Positions 1-9,554 of a stretch of 64,000 nt of DNA are shown here, one piece after another. Each line of letters opens with the position of its first letter. Position 1 is the first letter of the stretch. Source of the DNA: Alphaproteobacteria bacterium (GTDB lineage: Bacteria > Pseudomonadota > Alphaproteobacteria > CAAGCB01 > CAG-977); the NCBI GenBank assembly GCA_900768845.1, contig CAAGEK010000020.1:14011-78010 (forward strand), in the 5' to 3' direction. The notes under the pieces were generated by a model that was given only the letters and a program-made list of their open reading frames with translations, was not told where the DNA came from and did not search any database. A program made the position numbers and the translations under genes.

Positions 1-765
1 TTCAAACGTTGCAAAGCCAGTTTGTCGTTGCGCAGGTCTATACCCTGTTCCTTTTGGAACTCGTCGGCCAGATAGTTGATGATGCGTGCGTCGAAATCTT
101 CGCCGCCCAAGAACGTGTCGCCGTTCGTCGCCTTGACCTCGAACACGCCGTCGCCGATTTCCAAAATGGAAACGTCGAACGTGCCGCCGCCCAAGTCGTA
201 AACGACGATCGTGCCGGAATTCTTTTTATCCAAACCGTAAGCCAGCGCGGCGGCCGTCGGTTCGTTGATGATGCGCAGGACTTCCAATCCCGCGATTTTG
301 CCGGCGTCTTTCGTCGCCTGACGTTGGGAATCGTCGAAATAGGCGGGAACGGTGATGACCGCTTGCGTTACGGGTTCCCCCAAAAACGCTTCCGCGTCCT
401 CTTTCAATTTTTGAAGAATGAAAGCGGAAACCTGACTGGGCGCATACTTTTTGCCGTATGCGTCGACCCAAGCGTCGCCGTTTTCGCCGGCTATGATCTG
501 ATAAGGAACCAGCGTTTTGGCTTTTTCAACCTGCTTATCCGTAAAGCGGCGGCCGATCAGACGCTTGATCGCAAAAAACGTCCCTTCGGGGTTCGTCACC
601 GCCTGACGCTTTGCGGGCTGACCGACCAAACGTTCCCCGCTTTGCGAAAACGCAACCATCGAAGGCGTCGTGCGCGCCCCTTCGGCATTTTCAATGACGC
701 GGGCGTCCTTGCCGTCCATAATGGCAAAGCACGAATTCGTCGTACCCAAATCGATACCTATAACT
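1..765 (-). CDS. dnaK: Chaperone DnaK (Hsp70), N-terminal ~255 aa; the gene continues beyond the window start
   Basis: Minus-strand translation begins [21 protein letters not shown] and contains the [16 protein letters not shown] and [10 protein letters not shown] Hsp70 signatures. Start ATG is at 765-763 (minus). The listed + ORF 9..797 is its antisense shadow. Confidence 0.9.
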
Positions 766-960
766 TTTCCCATAGAAAACCTCGTTTCCGTTTGTAAGAA
801 CCATGATAAAATTCATTATGTCCCGTATATAAGGGCGGTTTTTTTGTTTTGCAATCTCTACTAAAGTTTTTTTTCAAAATTTTTATACGGACGGATGACT
901 TTTTGAAAAGGCGACGCTATGATACGGGCTTGAGGTTCTATCAAACACAAGGCCTGCCTT

Positions 961-2031
961 ATGAAAAACTTATTGCAAAAAGCCAAATCCCTTTTCCTGT
1001 CCGCCCTTTTAAAAATCAAAGGGATCCCGTCGCTCCCGTTTGTTGAAAAATCGGTGCAAACCGTGTCCGCCATGTGGAAGGAAGTCAAGGTCTTCCTGAA
1101 AACCTCACCCGATTTCATCCCTCCGTCAAAAGAAAAAGTCGTTTCCTTCGTTTTAAAATGGTGGCATTGGATGCTGGGCGGCGTTTTCGCCTTTCTGGTG
1201 TTGTACTACCCCGCCGGAGCCGTTTTGACGCACCAGATTGACGACAATCCGTCCTTTATGGAAAAAAGAATCAACGACAACGCCCCGAAAACGGTTCAAA
1301 CGCTGTATTCTTTAATCAACAGGGAAATCAACGTACACGTTTGGACGCCGAATCTGCCGTTCTTTTTCCCGTCGGCGGTTCTGGACAATATGCCGGCCTA
1401 TCAGACGGGCGAAATGAACGCCGTCCGTGAAACGGTGAAAACGTTGAGCGAAGTCAATCCCGACGTTGCGGAATTGAAATCGGCCGCCGAACGGTTGAGC
1501 GTTTCCCCGACGGCATGGTATCTGTCGGGATTGAAACCTTCCGTTTCCGCAAACAGCCAGTATCAAAAAGCCCGAACGGAGTTGATGACGTATGAAAAAG
1601 CCGTGGAAAACGCTTCCGCCGTTTTCAATACGGACGAAAGCGCGCTGAGGGCTTTGCTGACGGCGATGGCGGATGTGTTGGACGGCAACACGGACAAAAT
1701 CGCAAGACAGGTGGCAAAATATGAAAAACGCCCCTTTGATTCGCGTGCGGACAACGTGTTTTACCAAGCCAAGGGCAACACTTACGTCGTCTACCTGATG
1801 CTCAGGGACGCCAAAGACGACTTCAAGTCCGAATTTGAAAACGAGAAATTACGCCGTCTGCGTCAGGACGCTTTGGATTCTCTGACCAAAGTCCTGAACA
1901 TCCGCCCGTTTCTCATTACAAACGGCGGCACGGAAACGCAATTCGTACCGAATCATCTGTTAAACGCGGGATTTTACATTTCAAAAGCGGAAGCCGACAT
2001 TCGGGAAATGCTGATCCTGTTAAACAAATAA
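961..2031 (+). CDS. Hypothetical membrane-anchored protein (one TM segment near residues 60-95), conserved-looking but family not recognised
   Basis: Long ORF with coding-like composition and hydrophobic segment VVSFVLKWWHWMLGGVFAFLVLYYPAGAVL. No clear RBS at 961, so the start is uncertain (a later Met is possible). Confidence 0.5.
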   Translation: MKNLLQKAKSLFLSALLKIKGIPSLPFVEKSVQTVSAMWKEVKVFLKTSPDFIPPSKEKVVSFVLKWWHWMLGGVFAFLVLYYPAGAVLTHQIDDNPSFMEKRINDNAPKTVQTLYSLINREINVHVWTPNLPFFFPSAVLDNMPAYQTGEMNAVRETVKTLSEVNPDVAELKSAAERLSVSPTAWYLSGLKPSVSANSQYQKARTELMTYEKAVENASAVFNTDESALRALLTAMADVLDGNTDKIARQVAKYEKRPFDSRADNVFYQAKGNTYVVYLMLRDAKDDFKSEFENEKLRRLRQDALDSLTKVLNIRPFLITNGGTETQFVPNHLLNAGFYISKAEADIREMLILLNK

Positions 2032-2055
2032 TCTTGTATATCTCAAGGAGCGGAC

Positions 2056-2988
2056 ATGAATTTTATAAAACACCTGACGAAAATATCGGCCGCCCTGCTT
2101 TTGATCGCCGCCGGCGTCCTGCTGTTGCGTTCGGGAAAGAGCATCCCTTTGGAAACGGAGGGAAACGCCCTGTTGCTTCCGGAAATGAAAACGGCTCAGA
2201 TGAAGCGCGAATTTCACGATATGAAAGTCGATGTGCGTTCCGCGGCGCAAAACGGCACGCCCGTCCCGCGTATTTTCGCCCTTTCCGTTCCCGACGACTT
2301 CAACCGTTCAAAATACGATGCGGACAGGAAAGAATTGTTTCTGAACATGGTCTTGCCCGCCGTTTTACGCGCAAACGAAGAAGTCGAAGCCGAACGCGCC
2401 CGCCTGTTGTCTTTGGAACGGGAATACCGGCGCACGGGAAAACTGCCCCCCGCCTATGCCGAAGAAGCCCGTCGCATCGCCCGCAAATATGATTCCGACG
2501 CCGAGGAACCGGCCACCCTGTTCGCGAAAACGAAACTGCGCGTCGATTTCGTCCCCGCGTCGCTGTTGCTGGCTTTGTCAATCGAAGCGACGGGTTGGGG
2601 AACAAACGAATTTGCCAGAAAGCACAACGCCTTATTCATGGAAAAAAGCTGGGACGGAACGGGGATTGATTCCGGAGAGGCTCAAAAAGAAGGCCCGCAA
2701 TATAAAATCAAAAGCTTTCCGACGATTTATGATGCGGTTCGCAGCTTTATCTTTTACCTGAACACCGGCAACTCCTTTCATCCCTTCCGCGTCGCCCGCG
2801 ACGTCTTTCGCAGGGAGGGGGATAAAATCAGGGGCTACACCGCCGCGTCGCAGATGATGAATTTCCCGTACAAGCCCTTCGAGTACCCCGACATCTTGAA
2901 ACACCTGATGGAAGAAAACAAAATGATGAAGCTGGATTTAACGGAACTGGACGCCGACCTGCCCGCCGTCGCCGGCCGTTCGCCTTAG
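2056..2988 (+). CDS. Bax/FlgJ-type glucosaminidase-domain protein (putative peptidoglycan hydrolase), N-terminal membrane anchor
   Basis: RBS AAGGAG at 2044-2049. N-terminal hydrophobic anchor. Central block SLLLALSIEATGWGTNEFARKHNALF resembles the glucosaminidase (FlgJ/Bax, AQAALESGWG) motif. Confidence 0.55.
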   Translation: MNFIKHLTKISAALLLIAAGVLLLRSGKSIPLETEGNALLLPEMKTAQMKREFHDMKVDVRSAAQNGTPVPRIFALSVPDDFNRSKYDADRKELFLNMVLPAVLRANEEVEAERARLLSLEREYRRTGKLPPAYAEEARRIARKYDSDAEEPATLFAKTKLRVDFVPASLLLALSIEATGWGTNEFARKHNALFMEKSWDGTGIDSGEAQKEGPQYKIKSFPTIYDAVRSFIFYLNTGNSFHPFRVARDVFRREGDKIRGYTAASQMMNFPYKPFEYPDILKHLMEENKMMKLDLTELDADLPAVAGRSP

Positions 2989-3008
2989 GCCGGCCACACT
3001 TTTCGCTA

Positions 3009-3036
3009 TTGATTTTTCCCGCACGTCTTATATAAT
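3009..3036 (+). promoter_or_regulatory. Sigma-70-like promoter TTGATT-N16-TATAAT upstream of the MBOAT operon
   Basis: TTGATT at 3009-3014, 16-nt spacer, perfect TATAAT at 3031-3036, about 40 nt upstream of the 3078 start. Confidence 0.5.
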
Positions 3037-3077
3037 CCGTCGTATTTTGAAAGACCGACAAAAGTACAGAGGTTCTT

Positions 3078-4493
3078 ATGATTTTCAGCTCTTTTACGTT
3101 TTTATGGTGTTTCCTGCCGCCCTTGCTGGCTTTGTATTTTTTAATTAAAAGCCCCGTTTTGAAAAACGTCCTGCTTTTGGCGGCCAGCATTTTGTTTTAT
3201 GCTTGGGGCGAACCGCTGTATGTTTTTTTAATGATGGCTTCGGTTATCCTGAACTTCTTTTTCGGGCTGGCCATCGGCAGGGCGGAAACGCAGAAAAGCC
3301 GTAAAATCCTGACCCTGTTCGGCACGATCGTCAATATCGCGATTTTAATGCATTTCAAATATACGGACTTCATTATCGAAAATATGAACCTGTTATTGCA
3401 AATGCAGATTGACGCGAAGGAAATTCCCCTGCCGATCGGCATTTCTTTCTATACGTTCCAAGCCATTTCCTACCTGATCGACATTTACCGCGGAGAGGTC
3501 AAAGCCCAGAAAAGCATCCTGAAAATGGGGTTGTATATCGCGTTTTTCCCCCAAATGGTCGCAGGCCCCATCATCAAATACCACGACATCGAGCCCGAAT
3601 TGGAAAAACGCACGGTTACGCCGGAAATGTTCAATTACGGCGTATCGCGTTTCATTTTCGGTTTTGCAAAAAAAATCCTGCTGGCGAACATCACGGGCAA
3701 AGCCGCCGATACGTTGTTTGCTTTGGAAGCCGGCGATTTGTCGACACCCGCGGCTTGGGTCGGAGCGATAGCCTATTCCATGCAAATTTATTTCGATTTT
3801 TCCGGATATTCCGATATGGCCATCGGTTTGGGCAGAATGTTCGGTTTCACGTTTCAGGAAAACTTCAATTACCCTTACATTTCCTCTTCCATTCGCGAAT
3901 TTTGGCAACGTTGGCACATTTCTTTGGCCACATGGTTCAAACAATACGTTTATATCCCGCTGGGCGGCAGCCGGAAAGGCGATTTCCGCACATATCTGAA
4001 CACGATGATTGTTTTCTTTTTAACGGGTTTATGGCACGGCGCGGCATGGAACTTCGTCCTGTGGGGTGTTTGGAACGGGTTGTTCATCTTGTTTGAAAGG
4101 GCGATTCAATTCGACAAGTATGTCAAAATCCGCCTTATCCGCCATATTTACACATTATGGGTCGTCGTCGTCGGAATGGTCATTTTCCGCACGAATTCAA
4201 TCAAAGAGGCGATCACTTATCTGACGCATATGTTCAACTTTAAAAACATGGACGTTTCCTATTTGAACATTCTGGTGACGAACGAGCCGCGTTTGGCGAT
4301 CGTCGCGTCGTTGCTGTGTTGCGGGCCTCTGGTCGTGTTCTGGCGCAAGTACGGGGAAAGGATTTTGTCTTTCGTTCCCGCCGCCGTAAAAGGCACATGG
4401 CCTGTCGAACTGACGAAAATCGCGCTGTTCATCCTGTCGATTCTGGCTTTGGCCGGCAATTCGTACAATCCGTTCATTTATTTCAGGTTCTGA
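3078..4493 (+). CDS. MBOAT-family membrane-bound O-acyltransferase (AlgI/DltB/PatA-like)
   Basis: Polytopic 471-aa protein with FYAWGEP, FFPQMVAGPI, YTFQAISYLID and WQRWHISLATWFKQYVYIPLGGSR motifs typical of MBOAT acyltransferases. RBS AGAGG is present. Confidence 0.85.
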   Translation: MIFSSFTFLWCFLPPLLALYFLIKSPVLKNVLLLAASILFYAWGEPLYVFLMMASVILNFFFGLAIGRAETQKSRKILTLFGTIVNIAILMHFKYTDFIIENMNLLLQMQIDAKEIPLPIGISFYTFQAISYLIDIYRGEVKAQKSILKMGLYIAFFPQMVAGPIIKYHDIEPELEKRTVTPEMFNYGVSRFIFGFAKKILLANITGKAADTLFALEAGDLSTPAAWVGAIAYSMQIYFDFSGYSDMAIGLGRMFGFTFQENFNYPYISSSIREFWQRWHISLATWFKQYVYIPLGGSRKGDFRTYLNTMIVFFLTGLWHGAAWNFVLWGVWNGLFILFERAIQFDKYVKIRLIRHIYTLWVVVVGMVIFRTNSIKEAITYLTHMFNFKNMDVSYLNILVTNEPRLAIVASLLCCGPLVVFWRKYGERILSFVPAAVKGTWPVELTKIALFILSILALAGNSYNPFIYFRF

Positions 4494-4498
4494 GCCTT

Positions 4499-5611
4499 AT
4501 GAAAAAACTGAGCGCATCCGTTTATGTATTTCTGGCCGTGATTGCGGTTTGCTTCGCGTTTAACTTCGTCCCGCTTGAGGACGACGATCAATCGGAAAAC
4601 AGGCGCAAAGCCCCTTTCCCGACGGAAATTTCAACAAAATTCCCCTCTTTGTTCGACAGGTTTTACGAAGACCATTTCCCGTTCCGCTCCTTTTTGATTA
4701 AAAAGTTCTACACCGTCAGGAAAAGTATCAAAGACAACCCGAAAGTCATCATCGGAGTTGATGATTGGATTTTTTTGAATTCCTCCCCGTTCAATACATA
4801 CGCGAAATCGGATAACACGCTGGGCGATTTCACGGGTAAAACCCTGTTGAACGACGAAGACGCCAAAGCTTTTGAATCAAAAATCGAAGCGCAAAAGAAA
4901 TATTTCGATGAACGCGGCATCCGTTTTCTGATTATGATTCCGCCCAATAAAATGACGGTTTATCCGGAATTCACCCCCAAAGGATACCGCAAGTTGCGCA
5001 CAATGCGATCCCGTTACGAGCAAACGGAGGAGGCCATCCGCAAAGCCGACGTTCCGTTCATCAACCTGAAAAAGCTGTTTGAAAAGGAAAAAGGCGAATA
5101 TCCGCTGTATTACAGAACGGACACCCACTGGAACGATTTGGGGGCATACATCGCTTTTCGCAATTTGTTGAACGTGTTGCACGCCGAAACGCCGGAAATC
5201 GAACGCATAGAAATCGCCGACAGCGAATGCGGCGACAATTACCGTATGTCCGGATTGTCCGATGCGTGTTCCGATTTGCATCACAGGCCGGTTTTAAGCT
5301 TTAAAAACGACGAAGGACAATGCGTTTTGCAAGAAAACGCCGGACATCTGATTTGCACGAACGCTTCCGCGCCGTACCGCGAACATATCGTCATCGGCAG
5401 GGATTCCTTTACGGAAAAGCTGATCCCCTATTTCAGCCGTTTATTCAAAAGGACGGTTTTCATCTGGTCGGGCAAGGTGTCCGACAAGGAAATGTTCGAT
5501 ATCATCGAAACGGAAAAGCCCGATATCGTCCTGTACAACTACGCCGAGCGCAACGTGTCCCAAACGGCCAAGGACGTTCCGGTTCAAAAAAACGGGAAAA
5601 ATGAAAAATGA
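4499..5611 (+). CDS. AlgJ/AlgX-like (DHHW/SGNH-like) periplasmic O-acetyltransferase paralog A, N-terminal TM anchor
   Basis: ATG at 4499 immediately follows the MBOAT stop (4491-4493); the listed ORF 4316.. is an upstream extension overlapping the MBOAT gene. Motifs FPFRSFLIKKF, LGDFTGKTLLNDED, PPNK..YPE, LYYRTDTHW, CGDNYRMS, GRDSF. Confidence 0.75.
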   Translation: MKKLSASVYVFLAVIAVCFAFNFVPLEDDDQSENRRKAPFPTEISTKFPSLFDRFYEDHFPFRSFLIKKFYTVRKSIKDNPKVIIGVDDWIFLNSSPFNTYAKSDNTLGDFTGKTLLNDEDAKAFESKIEAQKKYFDERGIRFLIMIPPNKMTVYPEFTPKGYRKLRTMRSRYEQTEEAIRKADVPFINLKKLFEKEKGEYPLYYRTDTHWNDLGAYIAFRNLLNVLHAETPEIERIEIADSECGDNYRMSGLSDACSDLHHRPVLSFKNDEGQCVLQENAGHLICTNASAPYREHIVIGRDSFTEKLIPYFSRLFKRTVFIWSGKVSDKEMFDIIETEKPDIVLYNYAERNVSQTAKDVPVQKNGKNEK

Positions 5612-6837
5612 AGAACCTGTCCCTTTCAAGCCGGATTTTCCTGATAACCGTCCTGTTGTTCGGGGCGTTGACTTACCTGTTGTTCGGAGAAATTTTTTAC
5701 TACCGCCTGACGGGACACAGCGAAGAAAGGCTGTTTTTCTCCTTTCCGACGAAGGTTGATTCCGAAAACCGCGCAAAGGCGAAGTTCCCTTCAAAGCTTG
5801 ACGCACGTTTTCCCAAAGACTTCGATATCTTTTTCAACGACGCTTTCCCGTTCCGTTCAAAACTGATCAAACGTTTCTTCAAACTCCGCGTTTTGCTCAG
5901 CGACAACCCGAACGTCATCCCCGGAAAGGAAAACTGGTTCTTTTTCAATTCGTCCTCTTTAGACATTTACAAAAAAACGAACAACACGCTGGGCGATTTT
6001 ACGGGTAAAACTTTGCTCAACGACGAAGACAAAGAAACGTTCACCCGTCACATGGCCTGTCAGAAAAAATTCTTTGACGGTCTCGGTATGCAATTCGTCA
6101 TCATGACTCCGCCCAACAGGAAACCCGTTTACCCCGAACACCTGCCGGAACGTTACCGCAATCAGGGCGTCGCTTACGGCCGTTACGAACAGGTTGCGGA
6201 CATTTTAAAATCCTTGGGCATCGATTTCGTGGATGAAAAAGCCGCGCTGATAAACAACAAGGACAAAGGCGAGCTGTACTATAAAACGGATACGCACTGG
6301 ACGTTTTTAGGGGCTCATTACGGTTTTGCGGCTTTGGCCAAGCATTTCGGATACGATTTTCCGCCCGTCGTTTCCGTCAACCGGACGACCATTGAATGCG
6401 GCGATATGTACCGTATGTCGGCTTCGCTGGTCAAAACGTGCGCGGACGTCAGCGACACGCCCGTTTTGCCGCCGGTAAAAGCCGAAGGGAAATGCGATCT
6501 GGCGGACACGAAGCGCGTCGTTTGCGAAAACGCCGAAGCCCCCGTTCAAAAAAGCGTTGTCATCGTGCGCGATTCCATGTTCGACTTTTTATATCCCCAA
6601 GTCGCCCGCACCTTTAAAAAAACGTTGCTGTTATGGCGTTCCAAACACACCGAACGCGAACTGGCCGAAGAAATCAAAGCGTCCGGAGCCGACGCCGTCA
6701 TTTATGAACAAGGCGAACGCTTTATGCTGGAAATGCAAAACGAAGCGATTTGTCCCGACGACATTATCAAAGTCCCCCGTTTGGATCAACGCCCGCCCGC
6801 CGATGCGCAAAAAGGACGGGAAGGGGTTGAAAAATGA
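5608..6837 (+). CDS. AlgJ/AlgX-like O-acetyltransferase paralog B
   Basis: ATGA overlap with paralog A. Same motif set (FPFRSKLIKRF, LGDFTGKTLLNDED, LYYKTDTHWT, CGDMYRMS, VRDSMFDFLY). Confidence 0.75.
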   Translation: MKNLSLSSRIFLITVLLFGALTYLLFGEIFYYRLTGHSEERLFFSFPTKVDSENRAKAKFPSKLDARFPKDFDIFFNDAFPFRSKLIKRFFKLRVLLSDNPNVIPGKENWFFFNSSSLDIYKKTNNTLGDFTGKTLLNDEDKETFTRHMACQKKFFDGLGMQFVIMTPPNRKPVYPEHLPERYRNQGVAYGRYEQVADILKSLGIDFVDEKAALINNKDKGELYYKTDTHWTFLGAHYGFAALAKHFGYDFPPVVSVNRTTIECGDMYRMSASLVKTCADVSDTPVLPPVKAEGKCDLADTKRVVCENAEAPVQKSVVIVRDSMFDFLYPQVARTFKKTLLLWRSKHTERELAEEIKASGADAVIYEQGERFMLEMQNEAICPDDIIKVPRLDQRPPADAQKGREGVEK

Positions 6838-8051
6838 AGAAACTGTCGGCGTCTTCGTTGCTTTTCCTTGCGATCGTTCTGGTTTTCGGGGCGTTCAGCT
6901 ATCTGACGTTTGCGGAACTGTTGTACGACAGAAGCGCGGGATTGCCCGAAAAAACGCCTTTCTTTGCGTTTGAAACGGGAACGGATACGGAAAACCGTGC
7001 GAAAGCGGCCTTGCCCCGCAAAATCGGTTTTGATTTTTCACGCAATTTCGACGCTTTTTATAACGACGCTTTCCCTTTGCGCTCTTTTTTCATTAAACGC
7101 TTTCATTCTTTAAAGAAAAAAATCAAAGACAATCCGAAAGTCATCGCCGGATTGGACAATTGGATGTTTTACAATTCGTCGCCCGAATCCGTTTATGCGA
7201 AAACAGGCAACATTTTGGGCGATTTCACGGGTAAAACCCTGTTGAACGGCACGGACGAACAAAGCTTCACCCGTCACATGGCCTGTCAGGGCGAATATTT
7301 CAAAAAACGCGGCGTCCGCTTCATCGTGATGGTTCCGCCGAACAGAATGCCCCTGTATTCCGAATTTCTGCCCGACGCCTATCGCAAACAGGAAGCCCCC
7401 TTCGGCCGTTACGAGCAAATCAGGGAAATATTAAAAGGGCTGAATATCGAATTTCTCGACCTGAAAACGTTTTTCAAGCAAAAAAAATCGGAAGATTCCG
7501 CTCATCAGCTGTTTTACAAAACGGATACGCACTGGACTCCGTTGGGAGCGTATTACGGCTTTGGAGAATTGACCCGAACGACGGGATACGAACAGCCCGC
7601 CCCCGTCGCCGTCAAACGGGAAATACTGAGTTGCGGGGACGTTTACAAGGTTTCCAGCGCGGTGATGAAAACCTGTTTCGACATTCGCGACATTCCCGAA
7701 CTGCCGGAAACGGAATTTAAGGGACGTTGCGACTTTTCAAAAGCCCCCAAACACATCGTTTGCAAAAACGACAAAGCCCCCGTACAAAAAAACGTGTTGA
7801 TCGTACGCGATTCCATGTTTGATTTTTTGTACGACGAAGTGGCGCGTTCTTTTAAAAACACGGTGTTATTATGGCGTTCGATGCACACCGAACAGGAATT
7901 GTTTGATGAAATCGAAGCGTTTGACGCCGATATCGTTGTTTATGAACAGGGGGAACGTTTCATGCTGGAAATGCAAAACGAAGCGATTTGCCCCGACGAC
8001 ATCGTAAAAATCGACCGGCTTAATCAACGTCCGAAAGATCCCGAAAAATAA
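6834..8051 (+). CDS. AlgJ/AlgX-like O-acetyltransferase paralog C
   Basis: ATGA overlap with paralog B. Same motif set. Its C-terminal 30 aa are nearly identical to paralog B (YEQGERFMLEMQNEAICPDDI). Confidence 0.75.
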   Translation: MKKLSASSLLFLAIVLVFGAFSYLTFAELLYDRSAGLPEKTPFFAFETGTDTENRAKAALPRKIGFDFSRNFDAFYNDAFPLRSFFIKRFHSLKKKIKDNPKVIAGLDNWMFYNSSPESVYAKTGNILGDFTGKTLLNGTDEQSFTRHMACQGEYFKKRGVRFIVMVPPNRMPLYSEFLPDAYRKQEAPFGRYEQIREILKGLNIEFLDLKTFFKQKKSEDSAHQLFYKTDTHWTPLGAYYGFGELTRTTGYEQPAPVAVKREILSCGDVYKVSSAVMKTCFDIRDIPELPETEFKGRCDFSKAPKHIVCKNDKAPVQKNVLIVRDSMFDFLYDEVARSFKNTVLLWRSMHTEQELFDEIEAFDADIVVYEQGERFMLEMQNEAICPDDIVKIDRLNQRPKDPEK

Positions 8052-8075
8052 CCCGTTTTGTCCCTAAAGGCGTTT

Positions 8076-9551
8076 TTAAAGATTCAGGTCTTTAAAGACG
8101 ACGCCTTTTGCAGGAACGGTTATTTTTTGCGAATGAAGCGCATCCCCGTTCACCGACACCCGCATTTCATAATCGCCGGCGGGCAAACGGAAAGATTGCA
8201 TCCAAATGCTTTCGGGCAAAGTACTCCAATATCGCAAATCCGCCTGTTCCGACGCCTCTATCAACAACAGGGAAGTCGCGAAAGTCAGCTGAGCCCATCC
8301 TGCGCCGTGTTTTTCATAAATCGCCCTTGCGGCGGCCAGAGCCGCAATGTATTTCACGGTCAGGCGCGCCGCTTTCGCCGCATATACGGCCGGACGCGCC
8401 GTGTTTAAATCCCGAACGGCGATTTGGGAAACAGGATCAAGCAACGCCGGCGTTTTTTCCGCGACGGTTTTTCCTCCGTCCGGTTTTACAAAAGCAATCT
8501 TTACGTCGGCATTTTGTTCTTTATCGTCGAAAGCCGGCAATTCAAAGCTCAGCAAACCGGAAGAAATCATATTTGCAAAAGATTTGTCCGACACGGCGAG
8601 AGGAACCGGAAAAGAAACTCTTTCCGCTTTTTTGCGGGCGATCCGTCCCGTTTTCAACACAATAAAAACATTCGGCTTTTTATTTGAATTCATATTTTTC
8701 AAAGCCGTTTTCGCGTATGTTTTCAACGCTTTGGATTTCGGAGTCGCAGAAATCAGTTCGCTTTCGATTTCCTTTTCGTTTTTTTCGTGCAAAGACGGGA
8801 ATTGACCGGCGAAATCCCGATATTTCAGGTTATACGCGGGATAAAGATTGTAGTTTCTGAACAAAACCGTACCGGCGTCTTTGTACAGCTGGCGGGAAAT
8901 CTGCCTGTCTTCGGACGACCCGTTTTCTTCATGAATGAAACCGCCCCACAGCTTTGCCGCCAAATCCTGTTTGAATAAAACTTCGCCCGCTTTTTGCGAT
9001 TGAAATTCCTTCAGCAAAGCATCCCAATCGACGACGACGGCTCTTGCCGCCATCAAATGCATCCTTTTTTCCTTTTCCGTCAGGATTTTTTCAGGAACGG
9101 CATTTCCCGTTTCCCGATCGGTAAAGGCCTCATACCGGCCGTTCAGGTACAGATGATAATGGCACAAAGACTGGTAAAATCGCAAAAGCGACAATTCATA
9201 AGCTTCGCCGGCGTAGTCGTCCCAAGAACCGGCGACGGCGGACGCCGCCGTGTTTGACAAACTGCGGGTATAAAGTTCTTTCGATTTGAGCCGGGCCGCG
9301 TCGAAATGTTTCAAAGCCTGATAATACGATCCGTTCAGGTAATGCAGGTTTCCCAATTCCAAATGACGCAAAAGAATCGATTCATCGTCCGTGTAAAAAT
9401 CATCAGACTCGGCTATTTTCAACGCTTCCGCCGTTTCGGAACGATACAGGGCTTCGCGGATTTCATCCTGCATGGCGTATCGGGAAACGGAGCAGCCCCC
9501 CGAAAACAGCAAAACGGCCAAAAGTGCGAAACGTTTCATTTGGCGGCTCAA
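8076..9551 (-). CDS. Lipoprotein with TPR-like helical repeats (COG3014-like)
   Basis: Signal peptide plus lipobox (LLFSGGCSVS). Helical repeat-rich 491-aa protein. Last gene of a convergent three-lipoprotein operon. Confidence 0.5.
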   Translation of the reverse strand: MSRQMKRFALLAVLLFSGGCSVSRYAMQDEIREALYRSETAEALKIAESDDFYTDDESILLRHLELGNLHYLNGSYYQALKHFDAARLKSKELYTRSLSNTAASAVAGSWDDYAGEAYELSLLRFYQSLCHYHLYLNGRYEAFTDRETGNAVPEKILTEKEKRMHLMAARAVVVDWDALLKEFQSQKAGEVLFKQDLAAKLWGGFIHEENGSSEDRQISRQLYKDAGTVLFRNYNLYPAYNLKYRDFAGQFPSLHEKNEKEIESELISATPKSKALKTYAKTALKNMNSNKKPNVFIVLKTGRIARKKAERVSFPVPLAVSDKSFANMISSGLLSFELPAFDDKEQNADVKIAFVKPDGGKTVAEKTPALLDPVSQIAVRDLNTARPAVYAAKAARLTVKYIAALAAARAIYEKHGAGWAQLTFATSLLLIEASEQADLRYWSTLPESIWMQSFRLPAGDYEMRVSVNGDALHSQKITVPAKGVVFKDLNL

Positions 9552-9554
9552 ACC

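Noticed and set aside
9-797. 262-aa + strand ORF at the window start
   Set aside because: It is the antisense shadow of dnaK, whose Hsp70 motifs read perfectly on the minus strand. There are no independent coding features.
4316-4498. N-terminal extension of the first AlgJ-like ORF overlapping the MBOAT gene
   Set aside because: The extension runs inside the MBOAT coding region in another frame. The conserved paralog alignment and signal anchor begin at ATG 4499, right after the MBOAT stop.
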